Of a DNA stretch of 64,000 nucleotides, positions 1-13,245 are shown one piece after another. Position numbers and translations under genes: made by a program. Source of the stretch: the human T2T-CHM13v2.0 reference genome, Homo sapiens. The notes under the pieces are model-generated. The model saw only the letters and a list, made by a program, of their open reading frames with translations, was not told the DNA's origin and searched no databases. The stretch's first letter is position 1. The number at the start of each line of letters is the position of its first letter. The stretch lies in NCBI RefSeq assembly GCF_009914755.1, contig NC_060927.1; one strand, given 5' to 3'.

Positions 1-1690
1 AGAAAGCATAAAAGAGGTCACATTGACTTTCAAACTTCTTGACGGTAGCATTTTTCCAGACTTCTTTTCATAGTAACTTACTGTGGAAAACCAAAAGATA
101 AATAAAAAAGAAATAAAAATGTATATTTGAACACATACTATATTCCAGACACTATGAAAATAATTCGCGGGGAAAAAAAAGAATTTTCAATCTTAATAAT
201 AGTTCCTATTTTAGAAGAAGATATTGAAAATATTTAAATTTGTTTTAAAAATCAGAAATTGCCATTTAGTCCTAGTGTCACATGGAAGGTGTCTAATTTT
301 ATTCTAACACTGTGTTTTTTATCTACATTAACTACTGGATACATTTACTACAGGAGTTCTTCAAAAAGCAAAATTACTAGGGCATAACAATGCAGATTGT
401 TTTAAAGGCCCTGGAAACTTTATTGTAAGAAATAATTTTAAACATTTAAATGTCAGCAGGAGAAAATATGAGGAATTTTGACCAAGACATTTAGGACAAA
501 ATATTAAGAAAATGTAAACACTGCCTCCTTTTCATCTTTAAAATGTAGGAAGGGCTGTGACTTGTAGAAACTCTTGCTCATGAATGGATCTTCTAGTAAC
601 AAGAATATTTTTTAAATAAATTTTGCTTCTGATTATAAAAGTAATAATATTTATTTCAATAATGTGGGCCAAAAAACTAAAACACGCAGAGAAGAAAACA
701 TGTATCTAAAGACTTTTTGGCTTTATTTTATTTTAAATTTCCCTATCAGGCTCAAGATGCTAACTTAATCAGTTTGGGAGTGTCATGCCTACATCAGGAA
801 ATTTAAGGAAATTAAGCCATTAATTTAAGTTACTACATATCATGAATTCTAAGATCCAAGTATGGAGAGTAGGTCATTGTTTCTAGGGGTAGATTTAGTG
901 CACTGAAATTTCATTCCTGTTTTGCCCACACAGCCTCTAGAGAGCAATGTCAATCCTTGCAGTCTGCTTTATAACACAAAACTGCCTCTTCTAAACTTCA
1001 CATCCCCACCGTTCATCCTATTTCCAATGTCATTCCCTTGTCTTTAAACTGTACCAATCAGATTAATGGAGAAACAGAACAAAATGGTTCCAGACAGATT
1101 TGCCCTGAAACAAATCTTAAAACAAAATGGAGCTAACAGTATTCCTTGGCACTGAAATACATAAACCTTAAATCTAAGAAAGAAAGAAAATATCAAATAC
1201 CTGTACATCTCTATAAGCATCATGAGGAACTTTAATCAATCCCAGATGTTTAACCCTCAAAACCTCAAGCTATGCACAGGCATTAGAAGGTCAGCCTCCA
1301 ACTCCCCACAGGTTTTTCTGGGAGGCTCAGCCAGCCATCCCCATCCCAGCCTTTCCTAATGAAAGACTGGGCTACCCTCTGCCTCTGCCCTCCCAGCTGC
1401 AGACAGCCTGCCCTAGGATCCCTTCAACAGCAATCACATCTCATTGTTGCCCAGCTCTCTGCCCTGATCCAGAATTCTTAAAAGGGTTTGAGGGCTAAAA
1501 GTCAAGGATGGCTCTGTGCATGAGGTTGGAGACACTGCTCCTCAGATGACAAAAAACCTGAGATAAATCCTGATCTCAGGTGGGACTGAGAGAATTTGAG
1601 AGCAGGGAGGTGGCCCAGGAGAATGAAGGCAAACATATGGAGTTCTTCATCTAGACAGCCAGTTTGGGGGCAGAGATAGGTGCAAAGCTT

Positions 1691-1908
1691 TTTTAAAAAA
1701 TTTCATTTTTAGTTCCGGGATACATGTGCAGGATGTGCAGGTTTGTTACATAGGTAAACGTGAGCCATGGTGGTTTGCTGCATCTATCAACTCATCACTT
1801 AGGTATTAAGCACCACATGCATTAGCTATTTATCCTGATACTCTCCCTCTCACCGCCGCCCCCTCAACAGGCCCCAGTGTGTGTTGTTCCGCTAAACAAT
1901 GGGAACAC
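1691..1908 (-). mobile_element. L1PA 3'-end fragment with an 18-bp terminal inversion
   Basis: gatacatgtgcaggatgtgcaggtttgttacataggtaaac... is the antisense L1PA 3'UTR. Flanked by aagctt at 1685-1690 and 1910-1915. Confidence 0.85.
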
Positions 1909-2389
1909 GAAGCTTATCATAAGGAAGGAAGGTTAGTGGGGAAGGCATTCAGCAGAGGGAAGAACATGGGCAGATTGTAAAGCAGGATGTTGTTACAAGC
2001 ATTTAGAGCAAACCTGGGCCATACCATTTGACTGGAGTAGAGCATAGGGGCTGTGGGGAGGTAAAGGAGCATCATCACCAGGAATCAGCATGGGGCTGTG
2101 GAGTGTCCACTAAGCAGCTGTGGCAAGTCACTTCTTACCACTCACTGTCACTTTCTTATCATTTCCTCAGGTGAGGAAAATAGATGGAATCTTTCAGACC
2201 CTGTAGTTGTGATAGGGATTAGAGCTGATGTATGTAAAGCACCTAGCACCGAAGGAGCTAGGAAAGCACAATGGATCTACATGGTGGAGGCTGAGGATGT
2301 CTTTCTCATTTGGCCATAGTTTCCTATTTTATTAAGTGCTGACACAGAAACTTTAAATAGTGGAGAGGGTTCTAAGTAATATTTAGTCC

Positions 2390-2391
<2 letters not shown>

Positions 2392-2437
<46 letters not shown>
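2392..2437. repeat. (AC)23 microsatellite
   Basis: Uninterrupted AC run read directly. Confidence 0.97.
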
Positions 2438-2439
<2 letters not shown>

Positions 2440-3671
2440 TTCTTTACTTGTAAATGGAGATGCTGCTTGCACTTCACCTGCCTGAGGAGGCCCACCTTTA
2501 TTTCTCCTGGCCTTTACCACTTCCTTACCTACTTTTATTGCTATTTCAAGCTCTTTTGTAAAAGGCAGGTGTGAAAGCATCCCACCCCTCAGCCCCCTTG
2601 AGGACCTGGGTGGCATTACTGGTACTTGAAAGAAAAGGTAATGAAAGTAAAAAAGAAAAGGCTAAGTTGCTATCACATTTGTCAACTCTGGCCAGATGCT
2701 CATTAGCAACAGGCTAGAAGCCAAAAATGAAAGACCAGGCTGCAGCTTGGATCCAAAAATAAGGGCCAGGCTCTGTGGAAAATACTGACAGATGCGAGCC
2801 AGAACAAGGAAGAATGCTTTGTGTGCGTCATTTGAAAAAGAACACGTCCAAGCACCCAGACATAGGTCTTCATGTAGTTTATCTTAGTGGCCACAGTAGG
2901 GTTGCTCAGAGCATTGTTTTGCCTCCAAATCACATGGGATGCTTGATAAACATACAGATGCCCCAGCTGCAGCTCATATCTGCAGAATAAGAATCTGTGT
3001 GGGGGTCCTGGGGGATTCTAATGCACCCTGAAGAGTAAGACCTATTGATCTGAGATTGGGAGAATTAATGCTTGAGCTATGATGGAGGCTGGTAAGCACT
3101 TAGGAAATTTCACTGCATTCTCCCAAAAATCCTGTGAACTAGTTATGATTATTACCATTACCATCCCATCTTGCTAGTGAGTGGTGGAGTCAGAACTCCA
3201 GCCCAGGCCTCCTGATGTCCCCTTACTTACTTAGCCTTTTATTCTAGGCCTCACCAGCAAGAGGGTATCTTCATTCCATGCCCTTCAATTGGTAGAGAGT
3301 GCCAAGGGCAAGAAGCCAATTCCTCACCTCCATTACCTGTCTTTACATCCCAGCGCCATCATGGGCCTTCCCCTCAGGCCAGATTTCTAAGAATTTGGTT
3401 CTGTTTGTTTTGTTTTGATTCTGCATGAAATAAAGAAGGTTAAGGTAACTATGTAGCTTCCCTCTCTTATTGAAATAACAGTGCCCTCTCTACACCATCC
3501 CGTGATTGCCAGGGTGCAGGAGCATGTCTGCTGGATTTAAATCCCAGCTTTTACTCCACCACTTACTAGTTATTTAAACTTTGGGCATGTCATTTAACCT
3601 CTGGAAAATAGAGATGGCAGCAATTGAGTAAAAGAAGAAGAAAGGCAAGTCAGGGTGTAAAGAAAAGGATG

Positions 3672-3980
<309 letters not shown>

Positions 3981-4019
3981 GAAAAGGATGAGATGCTACC
4001 GGTATGAGAAGAATATAAA

Positions 4020-4200
4020 CTGTGGTTCTCAACCCTGACTGCAATTAGAGTTATCTGAGGATCTTTTAAAAATACTGATGCCAGGATTCCACTCCCAGAA
4101 ATTCTGATTTCACTGGGGTGTGGTGAGGAATCAGGTCAGCAATACCATTTATATCCCCCCAGGATATTCAAATGCGCAGTTGTGGTTAAAAACCTCTTGT
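4020..4200. mobile_element. MER5A-like hAT-Charlie MITE
   Basis: gtggttctcaaccctgactgcaattagag...tactgatgccagg...gattctgatt-like...gtggttaaaaacc resembles MER5A. A more decayed similar copy lies at about 2890-3050. Confidence 0.7.
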
Positions 4201-5299
4201 TGAAGATAGTGAGGAAAACAACCAACGTTCCACAAATGCTCTCTGGTTAGAGACACTTTCTTAGTAAGGGTGAGAATGCTTACTGATTGAACAAGCAATT
4301 ATTACTCACTTACCCTGTGCCAGGCTCCAGTGCAATGGCTAAAATTTAAAATTTAAATTAAACTTAAACTTAGTCCCTGATCTCAGGATAGTTGCAGTCT
4401 AATGAGGAAGTCACAGCCAAAAATAAACTATGCGGTTACAATATAGTGTGGTCAATATGGTAATAGCAGTTAGTTCAAAATGGTAGGAGAAGAGTAAATG
4501 GAATGACTTCTTCTCCTTTCAAAGAAACCATAGAATCATGAAATAATAGAGATGAAGGAAGCTCAAGGTTCCTAATTTTGTGCATAAGGAAACAAGAAAT
4601 CAAGAGATTGGAGGTTTCTCAGAGTCACAGAGTTAATGCAAGAGAACCTAAAAAATTCTAATGATGTAGCAAGACATACTTTAACTCACCAGGGGAAGTG
4701 CTAAGAAACTATGGCTTAGCAGCACTGGACTCTGAAGCTGGAGTTCTGGGTCCTGAAAAATAAGTAGAATTTGGACATAAAGGCATGGGGAAGGTTTAGA
4801 TTTTCAGTGGAAGGCTCAGCCCATAGCTCAAAGGAGAACATGCTCACCAGGGTAATGACCTGGAGCTTAAGGATCTCAGGTGGTGGCCAACAGCTTAGGG
4901 CTCCCTCCTCCACATCAACTCTAGTTTTGGGCTTACACCTATTTCTTGCTGGATATGCAATTTAGAGGGATGCTCCCACCTCCAGTTCCACTCCTCTTTG
5001 GGGGTTATACTATACAACTGAGACATTGAACATGTTAATTTTACCTGGTGTATTGCTTAATTTCAATGTGACCTAGGGTTTGAACCTCTTATCTTAAATT
5101 CTTTAGTGACGTAACAGATTAACACCTCAAAATAGATGAAATGTCTCTCAATTATGACTACATTTGGTCAGTCTTGACTATATTAAGCTGCAGTTCACAT
5201 GTGCTCTGTTTACCAAACTTAAAATCATTAAATCTATATTGAAATGTGTTGAATTGGCTCTCCATTCTCCCCATACTCTGACCTTGGTGTTCTCCTAGA

Positions 5300-6122
5300 G
5301 GTTTCACCTTCTCTCACACCCTACACATCCTTTTACACCAGTAAATACTATTGCTTCCCCTTCAAAATTTATCCAAAATTCAACCACTCCTCGCCATCCT
5401 CACTACCACCACCTTGGACCAAACCACTGTCATGTCTCACCTGGATTATGGGAACAGCCTCCTAACTGGTCCCCCATGTTTCAGCCTCGCCTCTGCAGTC
5501 TATCCTTAGCACAATAGCAGAGTGTTCCTTTTAAAAGAAAGTCAGATTGTGTCACTTCTGTATTCAAAATTATTCACTAGCCTTTCCTAGGTCCTTCCTA
5601 TGATTGACATGACATGATCTGGCCCCCATGAACCTCACCTTCTCTTCTCTGGCCACACTGGCTTCCTCCTTGTCCTTGCTCATGTTGAGCAAGCCCCTAC
5701 CTCACTGCTCCCTGCAACTGGAACACTCTCCCTCCAGATAAGCGCCTGGTGAGCCCCTTCACTTTCTTTAGGTCTTTTCTTGAAAGCTCCTTTCTTAGTG
5801 AATCTTATCTGGCCACCCTATCTAAAATTTCAATACTGATTCCTAGACATTTCATATACTCTATCCCTGCTTTATAAAATTGATTCTCTAACATTCATCA
5901 GTCAACATTATGTATTTTATTTTACATTTTATTTATTTGTAAAATTAACATTTATAAACACTATATATTTAACTTATTTTTGTTATTCCTTTTTCTTTAC
6001 CCATATATCTGTTTCACGATGGGAGAAATAATTACCAGTTTTGTTCACTGTTGCATCCCAATAAACTAAGTACAACACCTGGCACACGGTAGACTCAATA
6101 AATACTTGTTGAATGAAAAAGT
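5300..6122 (+). mobile_element. L2 LINE 3' portion
   Basis: L2-type stretches (tctcacctggattatgggaacagcctcctaactggtc) and the 3' end gtagactcaataaatacttgttgaatgaa. Confidence 0.8.
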
Positions 6123-6239
6123 GAGGAAATGTTAACTGTGGCATAATAAATATTAATATTATAATTGCATTTACATATTCTCTTCTTGATAGCTATAATA
6201 ATATATTCAAACCATAGGGAGACCAACCTGCACTATAGA

Positions 6240-6530
6240 ATTTTATAACCTTAAGATGATTTAGACCCAAATTAAGGGACATTCTACAGAATACTTGATG
6301 AGTACTTTTAAAAGTGTCTACATCATGAAAGACAGGGAAAGACTGAGGAAGTGTCACATATTGGAGTGGATTAAGAAAACATACAATTAAATGCAATGTT
6401 GGATGCTGCTTAAGATCCTGGAAGAGAAAAAAAGACAATGAAATTCCAAAAAGATCTATTGTATTAGTACTGTACCCATGTTAATTCCCTGGTTTTGATA
6501 ATTGCACTATGGTGATGTAAGATATTAAAA
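6240..6530 (+). mobile_element. Old L1M (L1MC-like) 3'UTR fragment
   Basis: agggacattctacagaatacttga...caattaaatgcaatgt...tgataattgcactatgg resembles L1MC 3' ends. Confidence 0.55.
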
Positions 6531-7368
6531 TGATCTCATCTAAATGTCTAAATATCCTTTATACTCCAAGCAAGGCAGTCATTTAAATGGTAAACATGTT
6601 TTTTGAATGAGTACGCAAGAAGTAATTACCCTGATAATCACCAAACGATAATGAGGTAACCAAGATAGATGTGTGTGGTGGGCAGTTTTCTTCTTTTTAC
6701 CTTTCATCCATCATTTTTCTGTGCTATGGTAGATTTACTCCAAGGAACCTAACACAGGTTTTCAAAGCAAATATTCCTTGGTCCATAAAGGGGTTTAATC
6801 AGAAGACACAAAATAGTTCAAAGAGTTATCTTTATACTCTCCCTTCTTTTAAAAGGTTAGAAATAACAATTGTCAGTTTAGTAAAATCATCTTGTAAATA
6901 ACATCCCACTAATTTGAGATTACACAGTGAAATAATTGTATGCCATTCTAGGTCTCAGGAAAGCATGTTCTCATTAGAGGGAGAAAAATGGTTAAGAAAA
7001 CTGTCACAGAGGGTTTTTGAGAATCATATTAACTAACAAGTCACCTTAGTTCTTCTGGAGTGGAGCACAGTGGAAAATAAAATCATAGAAACAGAGTTCT
7101 TCTGTCTAGAAGGCTGTTGCCCCGTTCCTCTCCAGCAGGAGGGGATGTGTCCTGTCTGTGAGAGGCAACTCCTCCTCAGGAGTAGAAAGTGGACCCCACC
7201 TACACTGGGCCACTTACCCATCTGCTTGCTGGAGGCATTTCAGCCAAGGAGAAAGACTTTCCCTTGGCCTTTTTCCACAAAGGGGCATAGCTGGGTGGGT
7301 ACCCAGGGATAGGGAGAAACATTTCAATCATCTAGAGACTAGAAGAACTAAAGATTATTGATAAGCAT

Positions 7369-7465
7369 TATTCATTTTTCTATAAGTCATAATAAAGATG
7401 TTTGTTTGGTAGGAAATATTCATTTTTCTATAAGTCATAATAAAGATGTTTGTTTGGTAGGAAAT
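7369..7465. repeat. Perfect 48-bp tandem duplication (2 copies)
   Basis: tattcatttttctataagtcataataaagatgtttgtttggtaggaaa at 7369-7416 and 7417-7464. Confidence 0.97.
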
Positions 7466-7669
7466 TATCCCAAAATTTTAAAGATTAATAACAGTCAACA
7501 AGGCAATGTAATTCAATTTAACCAACACTTACTGACCATGTACTAAGAACCCACTTCTATTCTAGGGCTGTGGAGATGCAAAGACGAATGAAATAAAAGT
7601 GTAGCCCTCAGACAGCTTACTCTCTAGTAAAAGATATAAACTCTATAAACAAGTAGGTAGAAAACAAAT

Positions 7670-9929
7670 GAGTAGCAAGTGTCGAAGGGCCAGGGAGGTA
7701 GTCATCATGAACAAAATAAGCTGAATATAAGAATGACAAACTCCAAGAAATGGAAGCAAACACTTTATTCTTATTAAATTATGGAATAGGTATGTAATAA
7801 TGTAAATATATATAATATTCATATGCTATTTTATATTAAATTTTAAAAACATTGAAAAAGGAAAACAATTATTGCTATATTTTTATTTCATAATTCATTA
7901 CTGCTTTGACTTGGAATCAGAAACCTCACATCTTTTTTTCTGTACCAAAACATGTTTCAGGCCCTGTATTTTTCACTGTGATGTACAGAATGCAGCCTTA
8001 AACACTTATGCCAGGAGGGTGGTTGGTTTTTTTCAGATTAATTTTGGAGTTGAGCCTAAACATAGGCTCTTCCTAACATGGATGGAATTACTACTGTAAA
8101 TGGTTCTTATATCTAGAATCACCTCTTCCAAAATGTGTGTACAATCCTGGCTTTCAGCATTGCTCTACTTAGACTTCAAATAGACTTCAGTACCGTTTTT
8201 GCATTACAGTTTGATAATGTCTAATCATAGCCCAACATAGGTGCTATCAAAAAATAAGAAAGGTAAGCTAAATAATGTTATTTCATTTTCATAAAGTTTG
8301 AAGTCTGAGAACATTTTTAGAATTTGGTTTTCAATGGCATAGTTTTAGAGAATAAATTTTATGGTATCTTCATTTCTGGAAACTGATCTCAATGTAGGAA
8401 AGTAGATGAAATTATTCCTTTACAAATGAATTTCCCAAAAAGTTACCTTTATCTGGACGGAGAGAAGCTCACAAATGAAACATTTGTGCAATACTTGTGA
8501 CTGTACCTATAGAAAAATAGTCAAAAAATATAGATAAGTTGTAGAGTCAGCAAAAAGCTCAGGACTTTGGGCTAATCTTCACTGCTAAGCAGAGATAGGG
8601 CTATCCCCTGTGATGACATTAACAGTTAAAAAAATCTCTTCTGCACCACAGTGCAAGTAAGCCAGCAAATTCATTAAGCAAATGTTGACCTGATTTTGCT
8701 CAGAGACATAGAAGAATAGCCAATTAGTGGTATTAATTACTGAATCCATGGCTTCTCCCATTTTAGCTTTGTGCCCAAAGCAATTTCTGATGAATGAGGA
8801 AATTAATGGACTTGGGGATAGTGTACCTACAAAATAGTGCCACCTATGGGCTGTTACTTGACCGGCCTGACATTAACTCCACACATCCTGAGAGCTCCAT
8901 CTATAACACTTGGTGACTTTGACCAATGCATTCTACATCCAAATGGTCTGAGACCTTTTTCATAACACAGAGTCAGCCATTTCCTGATGTTTTGCCTTTC
9001 ATGGGCTCCTGTTTCTGAAGTTCCTTGACCCCTTCAAAATTCTCACCACACCACAAATAAATATAGTTAACAGTGTGCTATTCTCTATATCTGTGTTCTC
9101 ATTTGCTGCAAGAGAAAATGCCACCCATAAATTAACTTGTCCTGAAAGTTCTCAATCTTATTTTTAACATACCAAGCTACAAAGTTGCTCATTAGACTAA
9201 CATTTACAAATGCCTGTTGAGGCTCTGGACACATAATTTCTGCAGCATTCAAAAGAGACTCTTTTATAAACTGTGTTGTCTGTAAAAAGGTTTTGATACC
9301 CAGGCAATTTTTTCGCTTAATAAAGAACTGTATTTCACAGCAACTCACTTATTTTATTCTCATTCAAAAACAAATGCTGCCATTTCTTCAGTCCATTAAA
9401 TTTTCCAACACCCATCTTTTCTGTGTAGCAGTCAAAGCTGATTTTTTTTTCAATGGTGCCTTAAGATGTAATTTTTCTTTGCAAACATTCTTTGTCTGGA
9501 TACACTTCCCATCCACCCACCCCCCCCCAAAAAAAAGTTATGCTCCTATTTTTTTCTTATAATAATTGTTTTTTAGGAGATGCACAAGTTCACTTTCCTC
9601 TTCTTTTTACACTAAGAAAAATATCAGTAAACACATGGTGGTAAAAAGCTACTACTCTTTGATTTCAGTGCTGGGAATACAACAGGAAGATGTGGAGGCT
9701 TTAATTAACTGAGAGGGCACAGTCCTCTGATTTAGGGGCTGTCTACCTGGTGAGGACATCAGCTCTTTGCTGTCAAAGGCAGCTGGAAATCAAAACATTT
9801 CAAGAAAAATCTTCTAATTGTTTAAATGTTGGCAACTTATTCAAAATTTATTAAAATACCAAGTGGATCAACAGCATTCTAGTCAAGCAAAACAAGGCGC
9901 CCTGTGGGCTGCCCATCTGCAACCTCTGG
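7670..9929 (-). mobile_element. Charlie8/MER102-type hAT DNA transposon with decayed transposase
   Basis: Minus-strand remnants FIKESLLNAAEIMCPEPQQAFVNVSL and AFSLAANENTDIENSTLLTIFICGV resemble Buster/Charlie transposases (FSLAxDESTDxxDTAQLAIFIRGV). The ends resemble MER102 termini (tttaaatgttggcaact...gggctgcccatctgcaacctctg). Confidence 0.8.
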
Positions 9930-10329
9930 ATACGTAGAGTATAAAAGTAAAACAATTTATACCCTACTTTTATTTTAGTCCCTGAGAAGTAAGAGAAAAG
10001 GTACAATTATATGAATGTATTCCTATGGAATATGAACTCTAAGTGCCATAATTAATTTGGAAATGGTCTAATAAGGCAGTGTGGTGTGGTAAAAAGGATA
10101 CCCTTCTTGAAGCCAGTCCGTTTGGGGAATCCTGGGTATTCCACTTATCGAGTTGGTTAATTTTCGATTCCTCATCTGGAAGTAAGCATAAAGTGATCTG
10201 GTAAGCTTCTTAGTATACTGTCTGGCATTTGGAAAGTGTTCTTCCATAAATGGTAGCTAGGACTGTTATTACAAAATGCAAAATATGCATTTTCGACCAC
10301 ATTTCTTTGTATGCCTCCCAAATATCACT

Positions 10330-10840
10330 TGTGCCCAGGCTCTACTGCTCTCACTCCTGCCGTCCCTCCCTGGTGCTCCCACATTTCATCTCACGGCCTG
10401 ATGGTGTAGGCCCCTGCTCATCAGCACTCTCTGGAGTTTCCCACCTCCTTTCCTGGCCGGTGCTCTTGCCTCTCCCTAGAATGTCTGTCCCTTTCTTCTT
10501 CGTTCAGTTAACCCCTGTGAGACTCGACCTAGCTGTCACCTCTTCTAGGAAGTCTTCCTAGAATGCCACCACCCTCCAATCTAAATAGAGCACTCCCTTT
10601 TATCTGCCTTATGTTCACCTCAGTCATAGCATTTGTCAAATGGTCTTATAAACCGTGAGCTCCTGCGAGACAGGAACTGGGCCAATCATCTCACTGTCCC
10701 TTACACGTGAGTGCAATGCTTTTATGTGGCATGTAATTAGGAATCAAAAGAATTCATTCCCTCCTTTAGGAAGGGAAAGGAAGGGAATAAATCCTCCTTT
10801 TAGGAGGATCTATCCATAAAGGATGGAATGAATAAATGAG
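10330..10840 (+). mobile_element. L2 fragment (MIR fragment just upstream at about 10070-10270)
   Basis: tcttgcctctccctagaatgtctgtccc...gtcacctcttctaggaagtcttcc...gtgagctcctgcgagacagg are L2-type motifs. Confidence 0.6.
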
Positions 10841-11554
10841 GTGCCTGGAGACCAGCATAGCAAGTGCCCACTCCACTTCAGCTTCCCTTCTACTTTACAA
10901 AGTTTCAAACGTCTTTGGCTGCTGAGTGTGCATCTCTCCCCTTGCCTTCCCAAACCTTACTCCTGCTGCTGTCTCCACTCTCACCCAAACCAGTGGAGAT
11001 TTCCATTCTGGAATGGCAGGTTATGACAGAGAAGGCACATAAGTGTCACCTCCTGAGTCTTGTAAGTGGGCACTGGAAAGACCTCTAAGAGGGTTTCTTT
11101 TGAAAAGTAATAATGAATAAAAAATACAGCCACTATTTGGAGGCAAAGAAGGGGAGAACTATAACCATAACCCAAGGTCTTACCTTCACTTTCAGAACAT
11201 GTGGCTTCTTAGCTCAGTGGGAGCAAGAATGGATCTTGTACACTAGCATCCATGGTCCAATAGCAGAAGGGAAAGCATCTTCTAGGACAGGGCTTCCAAT
11301 AGTATGTACAGTGGCTTTCAGTAAAGAAACAGCAGCCCTTTCTCCAGAGGGATACAGACCCCTTCTGGAATACTTAGTGAGAAGAAGACAGACTAGACCA
11401 ACTAGACCACAGCCCACATGTGCCCCTCATCCAGGTACCTTTGTGAACTACCCATACAACCTATTGAGGTAGTCCCAAAGTAAGAATTTCCCTTATTACG
11501 CACAATATTAGAAAAATGATGATGAATAATATGCAAATATTTATTATTTTCTAG

Positions 11555-11592
11555 GAACATGGGTGACATTTGGAGGTCAAATTTCAGATGAG
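11555..11592 (+). CDS. KCNAB1: KCNAB1 (Kvbeta1) internal coding exon, 38 nt: (G)TWVTFGGQISDE
   Basis: Acceptor ttattttctag| and donor GAG|gtaagt. Translation matches the Kvbeta core GTWVTFGGQISDE (ISDE is the Kvbeta1 form; Kvbeta2 has ITDE). Phase 1 to 0. Absent from the ORF track. Confidence 0.96.
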
Positions 11593-11925
11593 GTAAGTTA
11601 CCTTTGGCCTCTATTATGCTAATGAAAGAAAATGCAGAGAGAGCTGTATTGCAGGAGTCCTCTTCCTGGGACCCTGACACTCTACAGGGATAAGGTTTAA
11701 TTCACAGGAAATGGTAAAATTGACTCAGAGATTATTGTTGATTTTATTTTTCCTGTTGTATTTTTTACATTTAGACTATTAATAGCCCTTGAAGCTGTAC
11801 ATTATATATGCAGGTTGAACAGTCAGAGAATGAAACAATTTGGAATTAACATTAGTCACTTTATGAAAAGATTGTATTGCTGTGATGTTGTTTTGCTTTA
11901 TTTGTTTGTTTACTTTTAGCTGCAA

Positions 11926-12035
11926 TTAGGATGACTAATTGGTCTCAGTTTACACAGAAGTTTCTCAGTTATAGTATTGGAAGCCCACATTGCAGAAACC
12001 CTCTCAGTCCTGGGAAAACTGCACAGTTGGTCACC
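11926..12035. mobile_element. MER81-like hAT-Blackjack MITE followed by a MIR (to about 12210)
   Basis: taggatgactaattggtctcagttt...aaaccctctcagtcctgggaaaactgcacagttggtcacc, with degenerate tagggtgacc/ggtcacccta termini. Confidence 0.7.
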
Positions 12036-12794
12036 TGGCTTGGGCGACTTAATCTAACCTCTCTGAGCCTCAGTCCATCCTATATAAAATGAGATGCTAA
12101 TGCTAACTTTGATGGTGATCTGTTGAAAGAATTAACACATCATGCTTATCAGATGTTTATATAGTCCTCTGACTAGTAGGTAGCAGACACTCAATAAATG
12201 GCAGCTATGGTAATTATATTTACAATAAAATTCCTTTAGATCATCATTTGCACAGTCAAAACAGTACTTACCAAAGTGATATTTTTATCATTTCCTTTAA
12301 GGAATACCTTCATGGCATAAGTGAGGTATGCAGGCATTGAGCACCAAGAACTCCCCTGAGGGCAATGCCCTGAGTCCCTCTGATCCTTCCGTGTCTACCT
12401 GCAAGAAGAGTCAGGGATAGTGTCTCTGAGTGGGTGCACTGAGTGGGATCCAGTCCCACTCTACCATTGACCGACCTGGTTTACTAACATTTATGTGTAC
12501 TAATGGTGGCCACATCAATAAAATGCTCTAACCCTCTAATCAGCAGGATGGTGGTTAAGATTAATGAGATGATGCCTGTAAAGTGCTTAGTGGGGTACCT
12601 GGCCCAGAATAAGCCCTTTACAAAGGTAGTTCTTACTATCATTCCTAACGAGACAGTTGGGAAACAGAGGCTTTTCTCCACAGCTCCCCAAATCACCAGT
12701 GTTATTTAGCAGATCTGAGAGAGAAGTCTTAACTGTATATTCTTGTCCATCCTAATGCCTGTTCCCTGTATTGGGCACATGTCACCTTATAAGG

Positions 12795-13245
12795 CTTGTC
12801 TCATGGGGGCTCCCCAGGGATGCAGACTTTAAGCTAGAGAGTAGCATGCAGGACAGTTATTAGGAAGTGTTCTCAGGATCAGCACAGGGCAGGGAAGAAA
12901 GCAGCACTGGGCAGACAGAGAACTTGGGTCATGATGCAGCCTCAACAATGACCTCAGCCAACTCCATGGGGATCTCCAAAGCTGAGATGGTTCTGCAGAG
13001 TTGTCTCAGTTTGGGACAACATAAAGGACTGGGCCTTTATGTCCTTTTACTGACCAGTCATTGGACCAGAGGCTGATCGGGAAGCAGGTCTGACCTCGGG
13101 CTAGGTGACTCTCTCTAGCCAAGTGCAATTTCCAGAGAGGGCTGACAGAGGAAGGCCATTTGATGGCAGCATTCCTAGCAGCTCAGGGAATAAGTCCCTC
13201 GGTTCCAAAGGAGAACCTGAGGGCACATCCCAGAGTTTACTACAG
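12795..13245. mobile_element. LTR16-like ERVL solo LTR
   Basis: gcatgcaggacagttattaggaagtgttctcaggatcagcac...cctcagccaactccatggggatctccaaagctgagatgg resembles LTR16. Confidence 0.6.

Noticed and set aside
7369-7465. 48-bp repeats here and at 48014, and the 32-bp repeat-spacer-repeat at 47307-47407, as CRISPR-like arrays
   Set aside because: Only two copies each, in mammalian intron, with no cas genes. The apparent spacer is a local inverted copy.
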